NCBI GenBank assembly: GCA_964016885.1
Contig: OZ024741.1
Span: 33,852,001-33,916,000 of the forward strand
Reading direction: 5' to 3'
Source: Eledone cirrhosa
Lineage: Eukaryota
DNA length: 64,000 bases
A program made the position numbers and the translations under genes. Position 1 is the first letter of the stretch; each line of letters opens with the position of its first letter. A model generated the notes under the pieces. That model ran no database searches. It saw nothing but the letters and a program-made list of their open reading frames with translations, and had not been told where the DNA came from. Positions 11,855 through 22,526 of the stretch are shown in pieces.

Positions 11855-12909
11855 TCTACTTATATATATAACCAGCAATTTCTCTGTCTGTCTGTCCGAC
11901 AGTGGAAACACGTGCGTAGAGAGAGAGTGAGAGTGAAAGAAAGAGACAGACTACGAGAGGGGGATAGCGGGAGGGAGAGAGGGAGAGAGAGAGAGTGAAT
12001 AGACGCTAAAACACGTGCTACAAAAATATTACCTTCCCCTTCCTTTCTCCACTTTGGTACTACCAAGAGAAACACTGTCGCTATAGAAACATTACCTTCC
12101 CCTCTCCACTGACTTTGGTCACTGAGGCCGAGGGAATCGCTGGTTGCTATAGAGACACCTTGCACAAGCCAGAAGTAACCAGTTCGAGGCGGTTCTGACT
12201 TGACACCATGCGAAGAAGGTTGCCATTGAATTTGTGGTTTGAAGAAGGTTGCCATTGAATTTGTGGTTGTTGCTGCTGATAATAAGGACCATTTGAAGAA
12301 GGTTGCCATTGAATTTGTGGTTGTTGCTGCTGATAATAAGGACCATTTGAAGAAGGTTGCTGCTGATGAGGTAATTTATTAATCAGATTGCGCAGTTCCA
12401 TAACCTACGTTTGATTTGTTCAATTTTTTTCTTCATTTTTTTTGTTGTTTTTTAAAATTTCTTATTGAAAAAATATAAATAATAAAATAAGGTTAGAAAT
12501 TTAAATATAATTAAATACGATTTAATTTCCATTTCCAGCAGCCAATGTCCAGTGTTCAATTTCATGAAAAAATTGGAAATAATTAAAAAAATTGAAGTTT
12601 AACTTTTAAACATTTGTTTTGACAATAAAAAAATATTTCCTTATTCACACCTAATGGTATGATTAAAATTTCATAGGAATATTTTTTTCTAACCGCCAGT
12701 TATTTATTTTCTCCTTTTTCGTTTTAACATATATTTATTTCAAAGATTTCACCGTATAGATAACATATATATTTATACATGCATAAAAGTCACACCGAGA
12801 GACTGTGAACATGTGGTGCCGAAAACATTTCTCATCCAAATCTCAACAATATCAGTATATACACTAGATTTGCTAGCAGAAAACCGCCCACCGGGTGGTT
12901 TTCAGCTAG
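11855..12909 (+). mobile_element. Non-autonomous Helitron-like element A, with an internal 54-bp tandem repeat at ~12212-12368
   Basis: 5' TCTACTTATATATATAA followed by (CTGT)n. 3' hairpin AAAACCGCCC..GGGTGGTTTT, then CTAG. Confidence 0.6.
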
Positions 12910-13828
12910 TCTATATATATAAAACTGAGGATGTCTGTCTGTGTGTGTATGAGTTCGAATCCCTAAAACTCGAGAACCACCTAACCGACTGTTTTCAAAC
13001 TTTACACATGTAATACTTATGTTTCACGGAGTGTTCTGAGCAAAAAGCATTTCAAATTTTCTATGCCCCAGGGAACACATTAGGCGATTTGGCGATCTCG
13101 CTCTATAATTCTTAGTCTTTCTCTTTTTAGATAGATACATACTTATAACGTCGCGCCCTTATAATATCTGTCTGTATGTATGACTGTCTGCATTACGTCA
13201 CTTCCTTGAGGATGTCTGTGTGTGTGAGTTTGACTCCCTAAAACTCGAGAAGTACCCAACCGATTTTTTTCAAACTTTACATGTATATTACTTATGTTTC
13301 AGGGAGTGTTATGCACATAAAAAAATTCTACTTTTTTTTTAATCTCCTAGGGCCCGCATTAGGTGAAAAATTGCGTTGTTTAACATTTTTAGGGGTTTTT
13401 TGAGGCGTTACGTCAGGCCGATTTCCTTGAAATTGTAACTATGTATTAGTCAGTCTCTTCTTCATACCGTAAGCAAAGAAAATTCAACTTTCTTATGGCC
13501 TAGGGCCCACATTAGGTGAAAAACTTCATTTTTACAGCTTCTTAGGGCTTTTTGGAGGCGTTACGTCTAGCCGATTTTCCCGAAATTTCAAGGCATATTA
13601 TGAACATAAAAAAAATTCATTTTCTTGATCCACTAGGTGGATCGCATTAGGTGAAAATCTGCATTTTTCCTGCTTCATCGAGGAAAATCTTAAAGATTAT
13701 CCAGCCATCAGAGTATTCGGTTTATTTTCTTTACATATTGTCCAGGCATGCAGTTTTTAGGTCTATTGGCGGCTCGCGTTCCAAAATACCTTAACCCGTG
13801 CAACGCCGGGGCCGGGTACCACTGCTAG
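12910..13828 (+). mobile_element. Non-autonomous Helitron B
   Basis: 5' TCTATATATATAAAACTGAGGATGTCTGTCTG. 3' CCCGTGCAACGCCGGG hairpin, then CTAG|T. Internal partial duplications. Confidence 0.8.
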
Positions 13829-13842
13829 TACAATATATATAT

Positions 13843-14339
13843 ATAAATCAGGAAAGAAGAGTGACACGGTTTGCTATACAAAAAAGGTTTTTAATCTCAT
13901 TGCTGACAATTGTTTCTCTGAACTGGTAGGTCTAGAGATCGCTACCCGCTTGTTTTCACGTCATTCGATCACCACTACATAGTTGTAACCGGTCAATTCA
14001 TCGGAGCTTGTGAGAATTGACTGGTTACAACTATGTAGTGGTGATCGAATGACGTGAAAACAAGCGGGTAGCGATCTCTAGACCTACCAGTTCAGAGAAA
14101 CAATTGTCAGCAATGAGATTAAAAACCTTTTTTGTATAGCAAACCGTGTCACTCTTCTTTCCTGATTTATCATTACTCCAAGTGTTAACAACATAGAAAT
14201 TACCGCGTACTCGCAGCATCACTATGGAAACGACTTGTTGAGTCAAACTTAGCCAATCGTTGATACCATCCACTACTCGGAGTACCATAACTGGACTACA
14301 CTTAAGTGGACTACCTATAACAATAATCTGTTACCCCGT

Positions 14340-14340
<1 letters not shown>
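13843..14340. mobile_element. Palindromic PLE-like element (arms 13843-13999 and 14014-14170) with hammerhead-like motif on the minus strand
   Basis: Near-perfect ~157-bp arms. Minus strand reads GCT-CCGATGA...GAAAC-AATT-GTC-AGC (14007 to 13902). Flanked by (TA)n. Confidence 0.65.
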
Positions 14341-14377
<37 letters not shown>

Positions 14378-14629
14378 AATGAATAATAACAGTAGCGGAA
14401 CTAGGCTGCAGCACCACCGTGGAAACACTTGTAAGCACACGGAATAAACTACCTTTTTATGATGTCTACCTGTTATTATTCATTCTTTATATACACTCCG
14501 GAATACTGAAGGATCAGGAACTAAGTTTCTTGAACAATTCTTCCATAACTCGTAGAGTAACCTCTTACCGTACGTCAACCATATCCAGTGTAGTAATTAA
14601 CCATCACTACATCCTGGATAATCCTATAC

Positions 14630-14668
<39 letters not shown>

Positions 14669-15294
14669 CCCACATGGATTTAATAACGGCTGCCTTTGTA
14701 TTTTTGAACGAAATGCCTGTTGAGAAAGTGGTTTCCTCGTTCATCTTTTTACCAGAAGTCAGATATTTTTATGTAGGCTGACGGTAACTGATTTAGGAAC
14801 CGCAGAAACCAAAAAGCTAGAATTTAACATCCTTCTAGCGGGTCCGGGTAAGATTTTTCATTCATTTAATTTATTATTTGTATGACCCGAATTTTCTTGG
14901 TCGTTTTTCGGCTGTGCGAATGATTTTAAGCATTGTCTCTATGTGTTGGTATTTAAACGTTAGTTATAGCTCTGGTTTATCCAAACTATTGAGCCCTTTG
15001 CCACGCATTTCGAAGATTGTGTTTCGTTATTTCGTGGGCCGAGATTCCGATTCTCGATAATTTATTTATATATATATATATATATATAAATTTTAGAACA
15101 CCATTAACGAAGCTTTAGTTCGCGGCCAAGCTAACGAATGCAAATTCGGTATGTAGCTTTAACACTTGGATGGGGAAAAGTACCCCCAGAGTAATAACAA
15201 TACTTTTAGACAGCTTAGCAATCAAATATAGCGATCGGCAGTCCAGCCGCATCACCAGAGCAACGAAAATACAGACTCAGGAAAAGATTTTAGA

Positions 15295-15346
<52 letters not shown>

Positions 15347-15349
<3 letters not shown>

Positions 15350-15608
15350 CCATGTATTTTATTATGCGCATTTCAAAAACAAATATCATCATGCGATGAC
15401 ATTTGCGTTTTCGTCAGATAAAATAGGGAGACATGATATGAAGGTTAAAAAACAGTTGTGAATAGTGCAGTTTTAAATCAACATATCTTTTAACCATCTT
15501 TTGGTCTTATATATTATTTATACTCCAGTCCTACAAACTGTAGAGTGCTACTTATCCGATATCTGCATTGCTTTATTGTACTACAATAAAACTCACCTCC
15601 TACATTAT
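15347..15608 (-). mobile_element. Hammerhead-bearing PLE-like element family A, copy 2 (ribozyme motif 15355-15425)
   Basis: Near-exact reverse complement of 17519-17783. Confidence 0.8.
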
Positions 15609-15617
15609 ATATATATA

Positions 15618-16507
15618 CTAGCATTAAAGCCCGGCGTTGCTCGGGGTCATTAAGTTACCAAAGTTAGGTTGCACCACCCATTTTATGGCAGCACTTTTTT
15701 GTCTGCCAGGCACTGGGTGAATGAATTGCAGACCTGGAAGCATGAGCTGCGCCAGCAATGACAATTGTAGTTTCGCCTATGGATATTATCTCTGTGCAAA
15801 AAAGTGTTGAAATTTATTGTTTCACAGTACTTGCGCAACACGCGCGTAGACGATGCCAGCCGAACAACAGAGCTGCGATGGAGTTGTTCTGCATGGTTGT
15901 CTGTGTGTTTTCTAAATTTAAGACAGTAGGGAGGGTTGTGATATGAGGGAGAGTTAGCTGTTGTTTCTAGCAGGTTTAGTGACCTCATAGAGGATATGTG
16001 TTTTCTAAATTTAAGACAGTAGGGAGTGGTGTGATATGGGGGAGAGTTAGCTGCTGTTTCTAGCAGGTTTAGTGACCTCATAGAAGATATGTTTTCTAAA
16101 TTTAAGACAGTAGGGAGGGGTGTGATATGGGGGAGAGTTAACTGCTGTTTCTAGCAGGTTTAGTAACCTCATAGAGGATATGTGTTTTCTAAATTTAAGA
16201 CAGTAGGGAGTGGTGTGAACGGACAGTATCACCATCAAGCTTGGAAAGAGAAAGTAGCAGAAAGTATGAAGTTGTATAGATTTTGAATGGTAGTAGAAAG
16301 AGTTCAGCAGTTTAAATGAGAGAGAAAAATCGTAAAATATTGAGTTTTATTTATTTTTGCGTAATTGTGGGTGAAATTGAAAAAATTATCTGCGTCAAGA
16401 CGCAATCGAAACTATTTCGAATACTGAATTGTAAATTTCAATTGAAGAAATTCTATATCGTAGATTTCTATAACGAAGGAGCATGACCACACACTGAGCT
16501 TTATAGA
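15618..16507 (-). mobile_element. Non-autonomous Helitron C, with a ~88-bp tandem repeat at ~15900-16217
   Basis: Minus-strand 3' end CCCCGAGCAACGCCGGGCTTTAATGCTAG. Putative 5' TCTATAAAG at 16507. Confidence 0.65.
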
Positions 16508-16510
16508 TTA

Positions 16511-17425
16511 CTAGCAGTAAAGCCCGGCGTTGCTCGGGGTCGCTCAGTAGCTGTGTTAAAGTTACAATGTTAAGTTTCTTTCTTGGCTTAAAAACTGTAG
16601 TGTCTACTGTGCAGACTTGCATGTGGTGTTTTTGATTAATATTCCCTCAACCAACAATATGCCTTATGAAGTTAAGAAAACATAACGATAACCCGAATGT
16701 TATAACAAAAGAGGATGCTGGGGATAGAAACTGCACTGGTTATTTATTAACAAAGATCGAAAATGTAAACACTGCAACGCAGAGAAAAACATTAGCGTAA
16801 CCAAATTATCAGTTATGTCTGTCTGCACGCCTATATCACCTCTCTGCACGACTGTCTGTCTGCACGCCTATATCACCTCTCTGCACGACTGTCTGTCTGC
16901 ACGCCTATATCACCTCTCTGCACACCTATCTGTCTGCACGCGTATATCACCTCTCTGCACGACTGTCTGTCTGCACGACTGTCTGTCTGCACGCCTAACG
17001 ACGAAATATTTGCTTGTTTTACGTAGTCTTTAAATAGACTTGTTTTCAAGTAAAAATATTGTTTTAAAATGCTTTTAAATGGAAATGAAGCAAAACGGAA
17101 GCTTAGTGTTCGAACTGATGAATTTTGCAGGTCAATATTTTGCTGGCTCGACAACTGTTAAAGCCAGCGTAATTTTTTACGTAAGACGCTCAATGTAAAC
17201 AGAACAAAGGGAAATAACTGATAACTTACGCTCAAAAATCGATACATTATATTCGATTTCGTCACATAGGGCGGGTCAATTTGAAATATTTTTTTTTCCG
17301 ATGTCTTCGCTAGGGCTCAATGTACAAGTATAGCAATTTCGGTGCAATTCCGTGAGAGATTCTAAGAGGAGATGTGTGCCAAAAATCGATAGACAGACAG
17401 ACAACCACAGTTTTATATATATAGA
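16511..17425 (-). mobile_element. Non-autonomous Helitron D, with a 37-bp tandem repeat at ~16816-16996
   Basis: Minus-strand 5' TCTATATATATAAAACTGTGGTTGTCTGTCTG. 3' CCCCGAGCAACGCCGGGCTTTACTGCTAG|T. Confidence 0.8.
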
Positions 17426-17518
<93 letters not shown>

Positions 17519-17522
<4 letters not shown>

Positions 17523-17808
17523 ATGTAGGAGGTGAGTTTTATTGTAGTACAATAAAGCAATGCAGATATCGGATAAGTAGCACTCTACAGTTTGTAGGAC
17601 TGGAGTATAAATAATATATAAGATCAAAAGATGGTTAAAAGATATGTTGATTTAAAACTGCACTATTCACAACTGTTTTTTAACCTTCATATCATGTCTC
17701 CCTATTTTATCTGACGAAAACGCAAATGTCATCACATGATGATATTTGTTTTTGAAATGCGCATAATAAAATATATGGAACTCTTTTAACCATCTTTTGA
17801 TCTTATAT

Positions 17809-17810
<2 letters not shown>
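17519..17810 (+). mobile_element. Hammerhead-bearing PLE-like element family A, copy 3, with inverted 5' junction
   Basis: 17784-17805 is the reverse complement of ~17617-17640. Flanked by (TA)n on both sides. Confidence 0.8.
17703..17773 (+). ncRNA. Type I hammerhead ribozyme motif, intact core
   Basis: Stem I TATTTTAT/ATAAAATA (8 bp), CTGACGA, ~16-bp stem II, GAAA, ATGCGCAT palindrome, cleavage predicted after A17765. Confidence 0.8.
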
Positions 17811-17856
<46 letters not shown>

Positions 17857-17863
17857 CTCCCCT

Positions 17864-17910
<47 letters not shown>

Positions 17911-17911
<1 letters not shown>

Positions 17912-18030
17912 TAGAAAGAGTCCGGGCCTGATGGCTGAGCTCTTACCATTTACACACCTATTTCCAGACACAGCCTGGAACTAGCTGTTGATATGGCAAC
18001 AGCTCAGCCGTCGGGCCCGGACTCTTTATA
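17911..18030. mobile_element. ~120-bp GC-rich fold-back element with 27-bp inverted repeats and a terminal CTAG
   Basis: AAAGAGTCCGGGCCTGATGGCTGAGCT (17915-17941) pairs with 18001-18027. Confidence 0.55.
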
Positions 18031-18073
18031 ATATATATGTCTTTCTATATGTCAGTCTGTTTGTCTAGCTAGC

Positions 18074-18074
<1 letters not shown>

Positions 18075-18165
<91 letters not shown>

Positions 18166-18960
18166 CATCTCTCTTTCTACCCTTCCTTCTTTACTTCCTT
18201 CCTTCATTCATTGTTTTCTTCATTCCCTCCTCCATTCATTCACTCCTTTCTCACTTCTCTAATCCTTGTCTCACTCTCTCCTCTCTATCTCCCCTTCTAC
18301 CCCCTCTCGCAGTCTATTCTCTCTCTATTTCCCCCTATCACTCCCTCTCACTCCCTCTCACTCTTTCCTCTCTATCTTCCCGTTTCATCCCTTCTCACAG
18401 TTCCTCTCTTTCACTGTCTCCTCTCTATTTCCCCCTTTAACTCCCTCTCAATCTTTTCTCCCTCCCCCTCCCTCTATCCTCTCTCTCACTCTCTATCTCC
18501 CCTCCCCTACCCCCTCCTCATCACTAGACCATGTCTCCTCTCTATTACCCCCTTTACCTCCCTCTCACTCTCTATCTCCCCTCCCCCTACCCCCTCCTCA
18601 TCACGAGACCATGTCTCCTCTCTATTTCCCCCTTTACCTCCCTCTCACTCTCTATTTCCCCTCCCACTCCCCTCCTCATCACTAGACCATGTCTCCTCTC
18701 TATTACCCCCTTTATCTCCCTCTCACTCTCTATCTCTCCCCCCCTCTACCCTGTCTCATCACTAGACCATGTTTCCTCTCTATTACCCCCTTTAACTCCC
18801 TCTCAATCTCTTCTCCCTCCCCCTCCCTCTCACTCTCTATCTCCCCTCCCACTACCCCCACTCATCACTAGACCATGTCTCCTCTCTATATAGCCCTTTA
18901 ACTCCCTCTCACCCTCTATCTCCCCTCCCACTAACCCTCCCCCTATCACTAGACCATGAC
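18075..18960. repeat. (CT)n and pyrimidine-rich minisatellite (~80-bp unit containing CATCACTAGACCATGTCTCCTCTCTAT)
   Basis: Direct. Confidence 0.85.
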
Positions 18961-19034
18961 CACCAACACCTGGTAGCAGTTACACCATCACAACAAGGCA
19001 ACTAAATGACAGCAGGCAAATTATGCAGCAACAA

Positions 19035-19072
<38 letters not shown>

Positions 19073-19300
19073 ATAGTTGTAGTAGTAGTAGTAGTAGTGG
19101 TGGTGGTGGTTGTAGTAGTAGTAGTAATAGTAGTAATAGTAGTAGTAGTAGTGGTGGTTGTAGTAGTAGTTGTAGTAGTAGTAGTAATAGTAGTAGTAGT
19201 GGTGGTTGCAGTAGTACTAGTAATAGTAGTAGTAGTAGTGGTGGTTGTAGTAGTAGTTGTAGTAATAGTAGTAATAGTAGTAGTAATAGTAGTAGTAGTG

Positions 19301-19340
<40 letters not shown>

Positions 19341-19457
19341 AGGTAGTTGTGGTAGTAGTAGTAATCCTAGTAGTAGTAGTAATAGTAGTAGTAGTAGTAG
19401 TAATAGTAGTAATAGTAGTAGTAGTAGTAGTAGTAGTAATAGTAGTAGCAGTAGTAA

Positions 19458-19511
<54 letters not shown>

Positions 19512-19621
19512 CAGCAGTAATAGTAGTAGTAGTAGTAGCTGTAGTAGTAATAGTGACAGTGGTGACAGTAGTATAGCAGCAGTTTTGAAGTGGTATTACC
19601 TGTAACACTGCTAAAAACTAC

Positions 19622-19682
<61 letters not shown>

Positions 19683-20105
19683 ATGGTAGTGGTGGTGGTG
19701 GTAGAGGTTGTAGTAGTAGTGGTGACAGTAGTATAGCAGCAGTGTTGAAGTGTAGCATTGATAAAAACTGCGGTAGTAGTAGCAGTAGCAGTGGTAGTAG
19801 TAGTAGTAGTAGCAGCAGTGGTGGTGGTAGTGGTTATAGTAGTGGAGATGGTAGTATAGCAGCAGTGTTGCAGTGGTATTACCTGTAGCACTGCTAAGAT
19901 CTACAGTAGTAGTTGTAATAGTAGTAGCAGTGGTGGTGGTGGTAGTGGTGGTAGTGGTAGTGGTGGTGGTTGTACAGCAGCAGTGATCCAGTGGTACTAT
20001 CTGTAGCACTGCAAAGAACTGCAGTAGTACTATTAGTGGTAATGGTGGTAATAGTAGTAGTAATAGTGGCGGTGGTGGTAGTGGTAGTAGAAGTAGTAGT
20101 AGTAT

Positions 20106-20139
<34 letters not shown>

Positions 20140-20272
20140 GGTTGTGGTGATATTAGAAGTAGTAGTGGTGATGGTGGTGGTGGTGGTGGTGGCGGCGGCA
20201 GTATTATTATAAGTAGTGGTGGTGGTGGTAATACTTGTAGCAGCAGAGTTGCAGTGGTATTATTTGTATGGG

Positions 20273-20460
20273 AGCGGTGGATTGGCAGTATCGGTAGAGG
20301 GTCGGACGCCATGCTTGCCAGCATAGTTACGTCCCTTTACGATCTGAGTTCAAATCCCGCCGAGGTTGACTTTGCCTTTCATCCTTACGGGGTCGATAAA
20401 ATAAAGTACCAGTAATGCACTGAGTAATTGCTGGTCTTGTGCCTAAAGTAGAAACAATTA
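20273..20460 (+). mobile_element. SINE family 2 (Meta-like)
   Basis: Matches 3079-3264. B box GAGTTCAAATCC. Confidence 0.9.
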
Positions 20461-20515
20461 TTTATAGTACTGCAGCAGAAGCAGAAACAGAAGCAGCAAC
20501 AGCAGTAGTAGTAGT

Positions 20516-20587
<72 letters not shown>

Positions 20588-20678
20588 GGTGGTGGTGGTG
20601 GTGGTGGTGGTGGTGGTGGTGGTGGTGGTGTAGCAGCAGTGTTGCAGTAGTATTACCTGTAGCATTGCTGGGAACTGC

Positions 20679-20723
<45 letters not shown>

Positions 20724-20898
20724 GGTGGTGGTGGTGGTGTAGCAGCAGTGTTGCAGTAGTATTACCTGTAGCATTGCTGGGAACTGCAGTAGTAGTAGTA
20801 TTAGTAGTAGTAGTAGTAGTGGTGGTGGTGGTGGTGTAGCAGCAGTGTTGCAGTAGTATTACCTGTAGCATTGCTGGGAACTGCAGTAGTAGTAGTAT

Positions 20899-20929
<31 letters not shown>

Positions 20930-21434
20930 GGTGGTGTAGCAGCAGTGTTGCAGTAGTATTACCTGTAGCATTGCTGGGAACTGCAGTAGTAGTTTGAAGT
21001 AGTAATAGTATTGTTGTTGTATTGTTGTAGCATTGTTGTTGTAATGTTGTAGTTGATGTTGTAGTATTGTTGTAGTGGTGTTGTTGTAGTGGTGTTGTTG
21101 TAATGTTGTTGTAATGTTGTAGTTGATGTTGTTGTGGTGTTGTTGTAATGTTGTAGTTGATGTTGTTGTGGTGTTGTTGTAATGTTGTAGTTGATGTTGT
21201 AGTATTGTTGTAGTGGTGATGTTGTAGTGGTGTTGTTGTAATGTTGTAGTTGATGTAGTATTGTTGTAGTGGTGTTGTTGTAGTGGTGTTGTTGTAATGT
21301 TGTAGTTGATGTTGTAGTGTTGTTGTAGTGGTGTTGTTGTAGTGGTGTTGTTGTAATGTTGTAGTTGATGTTGTAGTGTTGTTGTAGTGGTGTTGTTGTA
21401 GTGTTGTTGTAGCAGCAATAACATAAACAACTAT

Positions 21435-21586
21435 TTTGCAGCATAGAGTTATGCCCGTTTTACGATCTGAGTTCAAATCCCACCGAGGTTAACTTTGCCT
21501 TTCATCCTTACGAGGTTGATAAAATAAAGTACCAGTAATGCACTGAGGTAATTGCTGGCCTTGTGCCAAAAGTAGAAAGAATTATT
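21435..21586 (+). mobile_element. SINE family 2, 5'-truncated
   Basis: Matches 20320-20460. Confidence 0.85.
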
Positions 21587-21634
21587 ATTGTAGTAGTAGT
21601 AGTAGTGGTTGTAGTAGTAGTAGTAGTAGTGGTT

Positions 21635-21692
<58 letters not shown>

Positions 21693-21966
21693 AAGTAGTA
21701 GTAGTGGTAGTGGTAGTGAGTAGTAGTAGAAGTGTGTGATGGTGGTGTTAGTAGTAGTAGTAGTGATGGTGGTGGTAGTAGTAGTGGTGTTTGTGGTTTG
21801 TGGCAGTAATAGTAGTGTAGTTACTAGTAGTAGTAGTGGTAGTGGTAATGAGTAGTAGTAGTAAGTAGTGGTGGTGGTGGTGGTGTTAGTAGTAGTAGTG
21901 TAGTAGTAATAGTGGTGTTTGTGGTTGTGGCAGTAGTAGTTGTAGTTAGTAGTAGTAGTAGTGGTA

Positions 21967-22032
<66 letters not shown>

Positions 22033-22082
22033 GGTGTTAGTAGTAGTAGTGTAGTAGTAATAGTGGTGTTTGTGGTTGTGGC

Positions 22083-22123
<41 letters not shown>

Positions 22124-22326
22124 CAGTAGTAGTAGTAGTAGTAGTAACAGTAGCTTCAACTGCAGCAGCAACAGCAGTGGCAGCAGTAGGAATGCAGTAA
22201 CAAACAACACCAGCTGCTGCAACAACAATAACAATAACATCGACTGTATTTGGGTCTCTGGACCTATCTCTCTCTCTCTCACTCTCTCTCTCCACCCTCT
22301 CTCACTCTCTCTCACTCACTCTCTCT

Positions 22327-22526
22327 NNNNNNNNNNNNNNNNNNNNNNNNNNNNNNNNNNNNNNNNNNNNNNNNNNNNNNNNNNNNNNNNNNNNNNNNNN
22401 NNNNNNNNNNNNNNNNNNNNNNNNNNNNNNNNNNNNNNNNNNNNNNNNNNNNNNNNNNNNNNNNNNNNNNNNNNNNNNNNNNNNNNNNNNNNNNNNNNNN
22501 NNNNNNNNNNNNNNNNNNNNNNNNNN
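22327..22526. other. Assembly gap (200 N)
   Basis: Run of N. Confidence 0.99.

Larger units (their letters stand above)
19030..22230. repeat. Compound (AGT)n/(GGT)n/(GTT)n microsatellite field with higher-order units at ~20630-20995
   Basis: Direct. The unit GTAGCAGCAGTGTTGCAGTAGTATTACCTGTAGCATTGCTGGGAACTGCA occurs four times. Confidence 0.9.

Noticed and set aside
14665-15060. Possible PLE linker-region fragment on the minus strand
   Set aside because: Only vague peptide resemblance with many stops. It cannot be supported without a homology search.
17108-17155. CTGATGA inside Helitron D
   Set aside because: No downstream stem II-GAAA-stem III arrangement, so likely a chance heptamer.
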